DNA from: Octopus bimaculoides
Taxonomy: Eukaryota
Direction: 5' to 3'
DNA: 64,000 nucleotides
NCBI RefSeq assembly: GCF_001194135.2
Contig: NC_068990.1
Span: 92,186,739-92,250,738, forward strand
The stretch's first letter is position 1. The number at the start of each line of letters is the position of its first letter. Shown here in pieces: positions 1 to 12,172 of the stretch. The notes under the pieces were generated by a model. That model saw only the letters and a program-made list of their open reading frames with translations, had not been told where the DNA came from and made no database searches. A program made the position numbers and the translations under genes.

Positions 1-29
1 CTAGGTTTACTAATAATTATAATTATTTC

Positions 30-235
30 TAATTTCAGTACAAGGCCAGTAATTTTGAGGGTTGGATGCTAGTGTTTACCATCAAACCCAGTACTTGATT
101 GGTACTTATTTTACAAACCCAGAAAGGTTGAAAAACAAGGCCAACCTTGACAAAATTTGAACTCAGAATGTAAAATTCAGGGACAGATATTGCAGTTTTT
201 TCTGATGCTCTAACAATTCAGCCAAGTTGCTGCTT
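30..235 (-). mobile_element. Degenerate SINE family A copy
   Basis: Matches the reverse complement of the 2013-2238 element (gtacttatttt...ttgaactcagaatgtaaa). Confidence 0.7.
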
Positions 236-610
236 TATACGATAATGACAGTAATGGTTTGTGATTTAGCTACAAGACCAGCAAATTTAAAGAGGCCAGT
301 GCTGCCTGACTGGCTCCCATGCTGGTGGCACGTAAAAAGCACCATTCAAGCATGGTCGATGCCAGTACCGCCTGACTGGCCCTCGTGCTGGTGACCACTA
401 AGCACTTCGCCTGGTTTGCTAACGTTTCTGCCAGCTCACCAGGTATTGAAAGGCTAAAGTAGGAGAGAGAGACAAGCACAGATGTCTCGTTATAGAGGGG
501 ATACATCGGCACCCCTCATTGTATAAGGGTGGGTGAGAGTAATAAAGATGGAGATAATTATTATGATAATTGAATAAATTTTTAATTAATACCAGAATTA
601 TCTGTCTTAC

Positions 611-663
611 CTGTTCTTGAGGAAACAATTCCTGACACAACTCCACTGGTTTTTCAAGTTGTT
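611..663 (-). CDS. Gene 1, exon 5 (53 nt, phase 1 to 0), (K)QLEKPVELCQELFPQEQ; gene continues beyond the left edge
   Basis: Minus strand tttgtttcag|AACAAC...GAACAG|gtaaga. The leading AA completes codon AAA with the last A of the 906-813 exon, and the frame is open. Confidence 0.75.
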
Positions 664-812
664 CTGAAACAAATGATCACTTTGAATAAACAGCAGGATA
701 TATTATTATCATTATTATTATTAGAGAGAGAGAGTGTGTGTGTGTAATTATACATGTTATTGTTATTTCTCATAAATCTGAGAGAACAAAGAAGGAAGTC
801 CGGAATACTTAC

Positions 813-906
813 TCAGTAGATCTCTCACCTTCTCTTCACTAGAATGTTCTGGAAAATCTGTTTTTGTCAGGATAGATTCTGTGTAAAAAGTGAAATCAAG
901 CATAGC
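813..906 (-). CDS. Gene 1, exon 4 (94 nt, phase 0 to 1), AMLDFTFYTESILTKTDFPEHSSEEKVRDLL
   Basis: Minus strand atttcag|GCTATG...CTACTGA|gtaagt: consensus donor, open frame, phase matches both neighbouring exons. Confidence 0.8.
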
Positions 907-1021
907 CTGAAATCAGTTTAGAAAAAGAAGAAAAAAAGAACAGTTCCACTATAAATCTATGTGTATTAACATGTGTATTTGTGTGTGTGTGAGTGTATAT
1001 ATGTAGCTATGGATGTATCTC

Positions 1022-1057
<36 letters not shown>

Positions 1058-1469
1058 CACACATATATATATACATACACATACAAACACACCATTATTG
1101 TTGATTCAGTTCCATTATGAATGCACATGTATTAATATAGCTATATTTATTTATTTGTACATCTCATAGGCACACAGTTACATTCAGTTTTGCTATCAAT
1201 GCATGAATTTATATAAGAGGCATAAATAAACAACAGACAAACCAATGAACAAAAACCATCACAGAAATGGCAACTAATTAGGAAGAACAAGAAAGATACA
1301 ACATAACAAAATCAACAAATACTGAACCACCATTAACTGGTTACATCAAGTAAGGGACCAAAAGTTGGCAACAGCAACATTGAGGCTTTCATCCAGCAGT
1401 AGACCAACAACAGCTATCATCGGTAACAAGATGTGGTAGATATGCTTTAGGATGTATAAATGTATTCAC

Positions 1470-1780
1470 AAATAATTAAAAAGTACATTATTTACATTTG
1501 ATGAATATTTGTCCTCATCTTGTTTGTTGTTAACACGTTTCGGCTGATGTACTCTCCAGCCTTCATCAGGTGTCCTGGGGCAATTTCGAACCTGGGGTCT
1601 CATTCTTAAGATATTTTTTCGATGTTATTATTGTTATCATTATTATTCAGGTCAATGCCTGGAATTGAACTCAGAATCTTGGGGTTAGTAGCCCGTGCTC
1701 TTAACCACTACGCCATATTCTCGTGGCAAAGTAGCATTGAAGATCTTGACTATGTTTTAACCAGTGAGAGAGTTTCTTAG
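1470..1780 (-). mobile_element. tRNA-headed SINE (family D) with a Penelope-like, hammerhead-containing 3' end
   Basis: Reverse complement gives TGGCGTAGTGG (A box), GAGTTCAATTCC (B box), an AAT-rich linker, then cacCTGATGAaggctg...cagccGAAAcgtg. A second copy lies at 55237-55490. Confidence 0.75.
1532..1575 (-). ncRNA. Minimal hammerhead ribozyme-like motif (type I layout), probably defective copy
   Basis: GACAC-CTGATGA-A-GGCTG(10 nt)CAGCC-GAA-ACGT-GTT: core boxes intact and a perfect 5-bp stem II; the cleavage-site/stem I junction looks shortened. Confidence 0.55.
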
Positions 1781-2012
1781 AACTCAATAAATATACACAA
1801 TGTAACAGTCAAATGTTCCACAATATAATCCTTACACTCTTTAAAATGAGAACCACTGGAAACAGGGAGGGAATTAATCAGTCAATGTCACTTTATAATT
1901 AAATTATTAATTAATTTCCTTTCACTCAGTGTTTTTTTACAAACATTTCTAAACAGTAAACCAAATACCACAGAACCAGTAATCAATAACGAAGGCAATA
2001 CTTCTACCAAGT

Positions 2013-2238
2013 AGGCGGGGGGAGCTGGCAGAATCGTTAGCACGCCGGGCGAAATGCTTAGCAGTATTTCGTCTGATGCTACATTCTGAGTTCAAATTCC
2101 GCCGAGGTCGATTTTGCCTTTCATCCTTTCGGGGTCGATAAATTAAGTACCAGTTGCGTACTGGGGTCGATCTAATCGACTGCTCCACCACCCCTATCTC
2201 CCAGAATTTCGGGCCTTGTGCTTAGAATAGAAAAGAAT
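2013..2238 (+). mobile_element. SINE family A (tRNA-derived, Octopus-type), near-intact copy
   Basis: gagctggcagaatcgttagc head, B-box-like gagttcaaattcc, central cctttcatcctttcggggtcgataaattaagtaccag; more than 10 related copies in the window. Confidence 0.85.
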
Positions 2239-2798
2239 ATTTTTATCAAGACTAACACAGCAAGCACATCCGAGTTGTTTCCCTTGCTAACCTGGCCTAA
2301 CAATTATGTTAACCTAGAATAGTTTTGTTCACAACTTCAACTCCCAAAGCAGCTTGGAAATGGCCAAAAATGTATGAGAACATTGTTGGTATAAAGTGTA
2401 GACATAATGACAGCAGCACACTTGCCCGAGCCCCTGCCCACTGACTCCAAGAAGAAGCATATTAGTGCCACAAAAGATTGCTGAATGAGGAAAATGTAAA
2501 GGAGGGAGAGAACCTACCAAGTACACCAGGCAGAGATAGAGACCAGCTATTGAAATTGGCAGGTGTAAAATTAAAACTACAATTAATGACATGAAGGCAA
2601 GGAAAGCAATATGTAGATTTTCAATACACATACATATGTACGTACATTCATACATACATACAAATGAATGTATGTATGTATACTGAAAATATTAACAGTT
2701 AATTTTCAGTGTATTGTTGAGACATGGCAAGAATAACAAGTTGAAAAAAATATGGATTTAAGTTCATAATAAAGAAAATGTAAGTCATCTTTACAAAC

Positions 2799-2893
2799 CT
2801 TAGCAAAGAGCTGAAGCTGATGTTTCAACGAGATATTCCCAGACAATCCTTCATTACACATCAGACTGCATCTAGACAAAGTTTCATTCTTTT
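2799..2893 (-). CDS. Gene 1, exon 3 (95 nt, phase 1 to 0), (E)KNETLSRCSLMCNEGLSGNISLKHQLQLFAK
   Basis: Minus strand tatttttgtgtttag|AAAAG...GCTAAG|gtttgt; joins in frame to AMLDF of exon 4. Confidence 0.7.
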
Positions 2894-2944
2894 CTAAACA
2901 CAAAAATACAAGATAAATTTCAGTGTTAAACATCTTAAAAGACC

Positions 2945-3595
2945 TTTTAATAATTTGTTATATGTTTGAAGAAGTGCCACTCCCAAACAGTGGAAGGAAT
3001 CTGGGGTAGAGGGAGACCCAGGGAGACATGGGATGAGTTGGTGAAGCATGACCTTCGAATGTTGGGCCTCACAGAGGCAATGACAAAAGACCGGAACCTC
3101 TGGAGGTATGCTGTGACTGAGAAGACCCGGCAAATAAAGTGAGTCCACAGCTGTAACCTACACCAGTGTCACATAACCAGCCCACTCAAAAGTACCTTGG
3201 ATCGTAGGGTGACATGCTGTGCTTGAGGAGACCCATTGAGTCAAGTACATCAACATCAAATGGAAATTGCAGTTGTGATCCCTGTGCCGGTGGTATGTTA
3301 AAAGCACCATCTGAACGTGGCCGATGCCAGCGCTGCCTTGACTAGCTTCCGTGCCGGTGGCACGTAAAAAGCACCAACCGATCGTGGCCATTGTCAGCCC
3401 CATCTGGCAGCACATAAAAAAGCACCGACTACACTCTCGGAGTGGTTAGCGTTAGGGAGGACATCCAGCTGTAGGAACACTGCCAGATCAGACTGGAGCC
3501 TGGGGCAGCCTCCTGGCTTCCCAGAGCCCAGTCGAACCGTCCAACCCATGCCAGCATGGAAAACGGACATTAAACGATGATGATGATGATGATGT
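2945..3595 (+). mobile_element. RTE-clade LINE 3' end with 3' UTR (family C)
   Basis: Encodes WGRGRPRETWDELVKHDLRMLGLTEAMTKDRNLWRYAV, the typical RTE C-terminus, followed by an internally repeated UTR (gcacgtaaaaagcacc) and a (GAT)n tail. Confidence 0.85.
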
Positions 3596-4294
3596 GTGTG
3601 TGGAGAGAGGTATAGCTGGAGATGTAGCCATGGTTGTGTGTTTCAGAAGTTCACCTCCATACTGTTCGGTTATGGGTTCTGTTCTGCTGCATGATTACCT
3701 AATGCTAGAATCTCAAATTACAGCAACATTCGTCCTAAACCAGGACTGCCATGTTATGTTGGCAAACAATCTTTACTACAAAGTACTGTTGCTGAATATC
3801 TCTCATTGTGAGATTTACAAATAGTAATTTTCTAATTAACAGTTTTGGTCTAAACTGAGAATGGAACAAGTCAAAGTTACACTCCCTTGGTATGCTGCAT
3901 GATGCTACAGAGACACCTGTTTGTCACTTTAACTCCATTATTTCTTCCACTTTATACAACGGCACTGCCTAAGTGCAGCTGCAAGCACTCAGCTCAAATT
4001 ACTGGCTAACTGTGAACATGTGACAATAGCACTATATTTACATTGGTAAGTAGAATCAAAATTTATATTAAACTGAAGTGTACATGGATGTTATATTCAT
4101 GATAAATAAATAACTGATTAATTACAATAAACATGAAGCACAGTCTGTGTTCAACAAGGTTACTTTGCAACCACATGGTTTCAGCTACATTGCCACTGCA
4201 CGGCACCTTGGGTAACTGCCTTCTACTCTAGCCCCAAGCAAACCATTGCCCTGCAAGTGAATTTGGTAGACAGCAACTGTGAGGATATGTCATG

Positions 4295-4324
<30 letters not shown>

Positions 4325-4325
<1 letters not shown>

Positions 4326-4680
4326 CATCATCATTTAACGTCCGCTTTCCATGCTAGCATGGGTTGGACGATTTGACTGTGGACTGGTGAACCGGATGGC
4401 TGCACCAGGCTCCAATCTGATCTGGCAGAGTTTCTACAGCTGGATGCCCTTCCTAATGCCAACCACTCCCGGAGTGTAGTGGGTGCTTTTATGTGCCACC
4501 AGCACGAGGGCCAGTCAGGCGATACTAGCAATAGTCACGCTCAAATGGTGTTTTTACGTGCCACCTGCACAGGAGTCAGTCCAGCAGCACTGGCAACGCC
4601 CATGCTCGAATATTGTTTTCCACATACCACTGGCACAAGTGCCAGTAAAGCAATGCTTATAATTATCACTGTTCGACTAA
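4325..4680 (-). mobile_element. RTE 3' UTR-derived repeat (family C)
   Basis: catcatttaacgtccgctttccatgctagcatgggttggacg...ggatgcccttcctaatgccaacc is the reverse complement of the 3400-3595 tail. Confidence 0.85.
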
Positions 4681-4829
4681 AACCCTGCAAGGTAGTGCCA
4701 CAGCATGGTCGCTGTCCAATGACTGAAACAAGTAAAGGATAAAAGTGGATTTTTAAATTGTTTTTCCAGATTTCCTGAACGTGCCACACGTCTCACAACA
4801 CCACGTGGATATTGGAACCGTACACGCAT

Positions 4830-5235
4830 GGCTATGTATGTGGTTAAGAGATTCGTTTCGCAACTACACAGTTTTGGTTTCAGTCCCACTACGCAACACC
4901 TGGGGCAGGTGTCTTCTTACTATAATCCCGAGTTGACCAAACTTTTGTGAGTAAATTTGATAGGCAGAAACTATATGGAAGGCCAGTCTCTCTCTCTCAC
5001 ACATATACACACATATATATATATATATCTGCACGTGTGTGCGCGTCTTTATATTGGTCCCCACAGCACTGAGACAGTCGGTTTGTTTACGTCCCAATAA
5101 AGTAGCGGTTCGGCCAAAGAAAGCGATAGAATATGTAACAGACATTAAAAGAATAAGCAATTAGATCAATTTGTTCAACTAAACCCTTGAGGGTGGTACC
5201 TCAGCATGGTCTCAGTCCACTTATTGAAACAAGTG
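4830..5235 (+). mobile_element. SINE family B (tRNA-derived, CORE-like centre)
   Basis: tggttaagag...ttcagtcccact...cctggggcaggtgtcttct, with a microsatellite middle and a cagcatgg...gaaacaagt tail. Confidence 0.75.
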
Positions 5236-5472
5236 AAGAAAAGAATAAAGTGTGTGCGTGTGTGAGCGCGCGCGTGTGTGTATATATATATATATATATG
5301 TATATAATACAAATAATATGTGAGTATATGCATATATACGCACATGTATGTACATACCTACATCTACATGCATATATAGATGCATATCTGGGTGCAGGAC
5401 GTTACAAAAAACGTGGACAAAATGAGAAACAGAACATAAACAGAACACAGAAAACACACAGGTCACATAGAG

Positions 5473-5508
<36 letters not shown>

Positions 5509-5523
5509 TAAAAATACGTACAC

Positions 5524-5622
5524 CTAATACAAATAACCTATTCTTACAATTAATGAATGGATTTAAGTTTTTTGTTTTTTTAATATTGTCACATAAATAG
5601 TTGATAGGGATGGAGACAGAAT
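5524..5622 (-). CDS. Gene 1, probable exon 2 (99 nt, phase 1 to 1), (D)SVSIPINYLCDNIKKTKNLNPFINCKNRLFVL
   Basis: Strong acceptor gtttttcttttcttcttacaacag|AT and open frame. The in-phase donor TTAG|gtgtac is weak and competing donors exist, so the 3' boundary is uncertain. Confidence 0.5.
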
Positions 5623-5882
5623 CTGTTGTAAGAAGAAAAGAAAAACAGTAAGCAAAGATGTTGCTGTCTCTCTGATTTGGGTGTGTGAATTTAGACCAGT
5701 GTCCAAACTAAACATACGCCTCTCGTATTTAAGTATATAAGCAACTTCTACTTAAACATTCATTCATTCATTATAAACATGTTAATTATTTGATACGCAC
5801 ATACATATCTCACAGGTTCTTCTATTAAAAATTTTTATAGACATTAATTTGGAATCTTTTATAATAACCATATTTTAATTAC

Positions 5883-6000
5883 CATAATTATCTGCATTAT
5901 TATTCGTTTTCAGCATCCTGTTGCAATCAGAAGCGAGTGTTTGGAGTGAATTTACAACTGTTAAAGACTTCTCGTTCGGATGACAACAAGGAGCAGCCAT
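5883..6000 (-). CDS. Gene 1, probable first coding exon, MAAPCCHPNEKSLTVVNSLQTLASDCNRMLKTNNNADNY
   Basis: ATGGCT start inside a CpG-enriched patch; donor TATG|gtaatt in phase 1 is compatible with the 5622 acceptor. Confidence 0.55.
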
Positions 6001-6520
6001 TATGCTGTCTGTTTGGATCATACGATTATATTTAACTCCAGCATAGACAGATATCACTGCAACTATAACGAATGGGACTTCAATCGAACCAATATTTTCC
6101 TCCGCATAATATACGCTACACCATATAAAATGGTGCAGCACGGAATTTTGTCAGTGAAGAGGTCGCGGTCTCGAAGCAACGAAAATATTTTGACAAATTA
6201 AATTTAAATGTTGAAGTGAATCTAACGATCTTTGTGTGTTATTTTAAATGGCTTATAAACACCTTCCACGCTGCAATTACCATATAAAATGTATCGCAGG
6301 TAAATTTCATTAAAAAAAAAAAACAAAAAAAAAAAACATTCATTATCAAGAAAGTTAGAAGGAAATAAAGTCGGGAATGGGGAGAATATCCGAAATTCCT
6401 CCGCAAAAATTACTTTATAGATTTTCCCCCCAAAATTCATTTCTGAAAAATTTCATTAAAAAAATATGCATTTTTAGAAAGTTATGAGGAAACAAAGTCG
6501 TGGAAGGGGTCACACTTCTG
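5950..6520 (-). promoter_or_regulatory. CpG-enriched putative promoter / 5' region of gene 1
   Basis: Locally many CG dinucleotides (gaggtcgcggtctcgaagcaacg, tccgaaattcctccgc) in an otherwise CpG-poor window, directly upstream of the predicted ATG. Confidence 0.45.
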
Positions 6521-7069
6521 TTGATATGCCTATATTATTTGAGTGATTCCAGTTCATTCGGTCCAATATCCTGGGGTCGTTTCTCAATACAACAAGCACC
6601 TGAAGAAGGTTGGAGAAAACAACAACTGAATTACTGTGATTAAACAACCAAACTGAAGGCATTGGTCTGAATAAATCTGTGTATAATAATAAATATATAA
6701 ATATTTATATTTGTTTCATGTAAAATATATAAGAGAAGGAACAGAATCATCAGAACCTGAAATTAATGTATTCATGGAATGGACGGCTAATGGATTATAT
6801 GATATGAAATCATACAAAAAAAGATATACCGCTAGTTATTTCTTCCTTATGTGATTCAGTTTTATTTTACACACGCACACAATGATTGATTGGCTGATTG
6901 ATTGATTGATTGATTGATCGATTGGTTGATTGATTGATTAGGGGGATAATTATAATGCTGGCTGTCACTTCATCAGAACATCACATGGGATTCTGGCTAG
7001 CTTAGTATTTCAATAATCAAAAGAAGATCAGTGAGTCATCGATTAATAGGAAGGGGACGCAGAATTAAC

Positions 7070-7280
<211 letters not shown>

Positions 7281-7879
7281 ATAAATGCCCTGATGCAGTA
7301 CCAGGCACTGGCTCTCAAGGATTCTGATCTTAACTGATTGGAAGTGTTACCATGTATATGTTATGGGCTACAGCAAATATGTTATGGGCTACAGCAAATA
7401 TGTTTGCTTTTTGTTATTATTTAGAAAAGGAAAGAAAAAATATTGTCTGTTGTCAGTTATGTCAATGGAAAATCTTTGATTCCCTACAACTGTAAAAGGT
7501 ATTCACATTCCCTTAATTATGCACACCAAAAAATACTAACATTTCCTTGAAATCATTCATAGCATTATCATGGGTGTTCTCTATTAGTTATTCCTTCACT
7601 GTTCCCATGATCATTAAATATTTTATCAATAAGAATAATTATAATTAATTTTAGAAAATAATAAAGATAACAATTCGGAATAGCTGTAAATTATTTAGAA
7701 AAAAATCATCAGGACCCAGTTGATTCGTTAAAATTTTTTTTGTCTTCTCTGTATACATTTTGCAATAATAAGCGAAGTGATTGGTTAAACTTTGGTGGAC
7801 GAGTATATTTCTACTGACATCTATCTATATCTATTAACAGTTGTTTGGCCGGAAATATTCACATTCTTTGAGATGTTTT

Positions 7880-9330
7880 ATATTTCTTTACACCCACCCC
7901 CCACTTCTACATATGCCTACTGATGTTAGATTTCAACGAGACTATCGTCACTTGAGTCTTTTGAAAGTGAAGCCAACAATTCATAAACATCTCCCGAATC
8001 AATATCCTCAAAGCTGAGTTCTTTTCCAATGGTAGCAATTTCATTAATGACTTCGTTTATTGGATTTTTAAAGCCACTAAATTCATTATCGCATTCAGGC
8101 AGAAGATTCTGCCAGACCGCACCCATACAGCTAACTGGCTGTCACTTCTAATGATTTGTGAATATTTTCAATTGTTTGCTCAATATCATCTTTATCCAAA
8201 AGCACTTTCTTGGTTATAGTATTACCTGTGAGAAAGTTTTTCAAATACAACAGGTCATAGCCATTGTTCCGTCGTCCTGGTCGTGGTACAAATATAACCA
8301 GCACATTAATACAAAAATCACTGAGTCAAGAAGACTGGAAGTATTCTTATCAGGAAGTAAAAGAGCTGCAAAGTTAAATCATTTTTCTTGCAATAACTTT
8401 CAATTTCCTGCAAAAATGCGACATGAGGCAATCATCAAAGTAATCCAAGTCTTTTTATTTGATTGCTGAATGACTAAAAGTTATTGAAACATTTTAAAGG
8501 CTTTGGATCATTATTCAACAAATAAGCATTGGTTTAGATTTGAAGCCCTCCCAATGGTTAAGTGATTTTTTTTTTAATGCTTTTTAACGAGGTTATGATG
8601 CTTCACTTTTTACAAAAGGTTCTTGATGGTTATTTTAGATGAATGACTGGTTTCAGGAATGTTGAAAATTTGATGATCATAGTAATTATTTTCCTTGATT
8701 ATTTTTTTATTGTGCAGCAAGATATTTAGCTGCAACGCTTTCATCTGCTCTTTCACTTCTTTTATTCTTAGGTTTTTCATTTATTTTCTAGTTTTGACGT
8801 TTTCTAATCAACTTAGAAAGCATAAGATGTCACAAAGGAATTTAGATGTCCTGGTATGGGACATTAAAAACTTACAGGTTTTCTACAAATCTTGTAAATT
8901 TCTGATTTGCCTCAAACACATATGTATTGTACAGCTTTATAATACTTTGTGTATACAGTTTAGCCATTACTGCCATACCCAAATATTTATCACAAACATA
9001 CATTTTTTTTCAATTTCATAGGTTGGTCATTATCCAATGCATGTTCACATAGCTTGACCAATGGTGGTTAATAATTCAATCCAACAGCAAATCTTCATGG
9101 TTATTATTTGTGAAAAATTGTGGTTAGCTGATTAGTGAAGTTTGAATTCGGCTGTTCCTCCAAAATAACCAAAGCCATCAAAGATTTCTTCCTTTTTTTT
9201 CTCTCTGACCATTTATTTACACATTACTTGACAATATTTACAATTGTACTCACTGGGGCCAGTTTTTCTGCTTTCCAGTAGAGATAGCTATAGATGTTGT
9301 GCTTTTGACTAGGAATTTAATAGTTACTTA
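7880..9330 (-). mobile_element. Decayed Tigger/pogo DNA transposon
   Basis: Minus-strand fragments AVWQNLLPECDNEFSGF...DVYELLASLSKDSSDDSLVEI (Tigger C-terminus), LKPVIHLK*PSRTF and AFLQEIESYCKKNDL (DDE region), in the expected order with stops and frameshifts. Confidence 0.75.
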
Positions 9331-11339
9331 TTCATGTTATGAGAGGAAGGGAAATTACACGTCCGTGGTAAACAAATGATTTCTCTTAGCCCAGGTACTA
9401 GCATACATAGAGAGTGTGCTGCCTAGAGCGGCCCTTCAGTTTTCCACCTAAGGGTCACCCCCACCCCACCAAAAAAAAACATATTGCCTACAGCAGACCC
9501 AAAAGTGGTGCCATGCAGGACAGAACAGCGACCAAGAAACTTGACTTCTCACAGATCTCCGACATGTTTAGCTTTATCGTGACATGCAATTACATTCATA
9601 ACCTAATTTTGACAGGAACATAATGGAAAATCCACGAGACAACTTGCAATCGAATGACTGGGCTGAAATATAATTGGTTGACAATTAGGGTGATGCCGTC
9701 TGATGTGCTCTGGTTTACATCTTGGTACAAGGCTAACAAGGTTTTGATTCTGAGTTTCGTTACACATTCTGCTACCCAGTCGTTTTTTTTTTAGCAGACG
9801 TTTAAATCAATTAAAACTACTACCAAGCAACACATGGGTTTCTCTATTTTGGTTGACATGTTAGCATTCGGAAAGGCTACAGTTTAAGGGAAATCCCAAG
9901 GGTAGGGCCTTTGTTCGGGTCCGCATTAGTTTTCATCTTTCACTTCAGTTGCTCAGTTGCAATATAACAAATGATTTAGGGTAGTGGATGAAAGGGTCGG
10001 AAGGGCATCAGATAAAATACTTTGTGGTATTTAGTTATGTCCCTTCCCTTTCTGAGTTCAATTCCAATGCAGGTCAACTTAACCATAACTGTTTAGATAA
10101 TTCATATTTTAAATGTCTGGTGCTCAGTGAATAATGGTGACTAACTCTTACAAACGCTGGCTGATGTTTGATGGATGGCTTTGCATTTTATGTGTAGGAT
10201 AACTCTTAAAGCCACTTGTTTGTAGAATTTGTCAACAGGTGAGATGTATAAGAAACATACTAAAGGGTTTGTTTTCATTACACTCATTGAAAAGTTTCGG
10301 AAAAATTCACAGCTTATAAAGTAAAGATTCAACTAATTAGCCATCTTGAATGGCTAGAGGCTGTTGCCTGATCTGTTGATGGTGGTTTCCAAATCAGTGT
10401 AGATTTAGTCAGCTAGGAGGTTGTAAATTGAGGGAAAACTACAAATTGTGCGTGTTAAAGTCAGTGACAATGTAACAACAACCAGAAGAAGAGAGCCGAG
10501 ATGAATGGTTTTCAATATAAAAGGAAAAATAGTACAATGATCAGTGATAATTAATAAGTGTGATTCATAGTTACACAGCATAAGTTTAGCTTATGGTCAA
10601 TACCAGTAGCGTATGGGGATCATTGTCACAAAGTGTGCATTATGCTACTCTGCTAAAACTGCCAACATAAGTATTAAATTATCACTTAAAAATAACATAC
10701 TTAATCTGTGTTTTTAGTGTATCTTATTAAATTTAGAAACATTATTAGTAGATTAATAATACTGCAACAGCAGAATGATTATAAAGAATATTTAGTGAAC
10801 TCATGCATATATCTTCACGGATATATGGTGCTAGTGGAATGTTGCTCAGCCTTCGGTCATTAGCTATTATTTTGATTACTTTCCCAGTAACCCGTCATCC
10901 CTTCAGTGTCATATCCTGATACAACAGGTAGTGGGATATGCACTACTACCTCAGAACAACTGTCACATTGTTGCATTTCATAAGAACACACACACACACA
11001 CGCAAAAATTGTTTCTTGTGATTAAATTACTGAGTGAATCTAATATGTATGCATGAATTTGCCGTCGTCGGCAGGTGTACGCAACACACCTAACATATCT
11101 CTGGTCAATACAATAATGGACCGAGTGACAACTCCGGGTCATATTGATTATTTTTCACTTAGTCACAGGGATCAGGGATAATTTTTGTAGGGGAAGGGGT
11201 GAAGCGTAGAATATTATTAGTGCTTGTATCTTTGAAGAGACAAAAGGTGAAGACTATTTGAACAAAAATCAAACCAATGAGGTACAGAATTAGATAACAC
11301 AAAACTTCCATGCAGACACTTCTATCAGCTTCAATGACA

Positions 11340-12135
11340 TGTTTTTGTTTTTTTCCTTTCCGTCCCTCCTTTATTCCATCTTTCTGTCAGCCTATACCAT
11401 TTTCCTTCACTTCATTCTTCTATCATTCCTTCAGTTCTTCATTTCATCCCAATCCTGTCTCCCCCCCCCCCACTTTATACAATATATCTCTGTCGTTCCT
11501 AACAATCTCCACCTCTCCTTTCTCTTCTGTCAGCTCTTCTTTTAATCTACCTCCCACCCCTTTTCTATCGGTTCCTCCTTTCCATCGCCACTGCACTCTT
11601 TATCCTCTCATCCCTCTCCCCGTACCGCTATTTCAGCCTCTCATCATCTTTCTCTTTCTTCATCACACCTAACCTCCTTCTTCTCTTCCCTTTTTCATTT
11701 CTTCTTCTACTCATTCAATTTTACTTTCTCCCAATTATGTCACCTCTCCTTCCCTTGCTTTCTCTTTCTCTTTTCACCCTCGCGCCTGCTCGTTCTGTCT
11801 TTTCATTCCATTCTTTCATCAAACTCCCTCTCTCAGTTCTTTCTCTCATTCATTCATTCACTCTTTCTTTCGTTTAATTGTCTCCCCTCTCTCTGTCTTA
11901 CTCTCATTTTTAGTTCCTCAATCTTCAGTTCCCTTTCTTTATCTCTCACTCTCTCTCTCTCTCTCTCTCTCTCTCATCTCTTTCTCTTTCAAAATCATTT
12001 CACTCTCATCCCTTTATTTATTTTTATTCTCTCCATTTCTCTTCTTCCCCCCACCCTCTCCCTCATTTCCTTTTTTACTTCATTCTTCTCTCTCTCTNNN
12101 NNNNNNNCTCTCCCTCATTTCCTTTTTTACTTCAT

Positions 12136-12172
<37 letters not shown>

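Noticed and set aside
10198-10238. Plus-strand exon-like segment ending CAG|gtgaga
   Set aside because: Stops in all three frames and it lies upstream of the candidate TSS; kept only as a recursive-site lookalike.
12057-12150. About 40-bp direct duplication on both sides of a 10-N gap
   Set aside because: Most likely an unmerged contig overlap, not a biological repeat.
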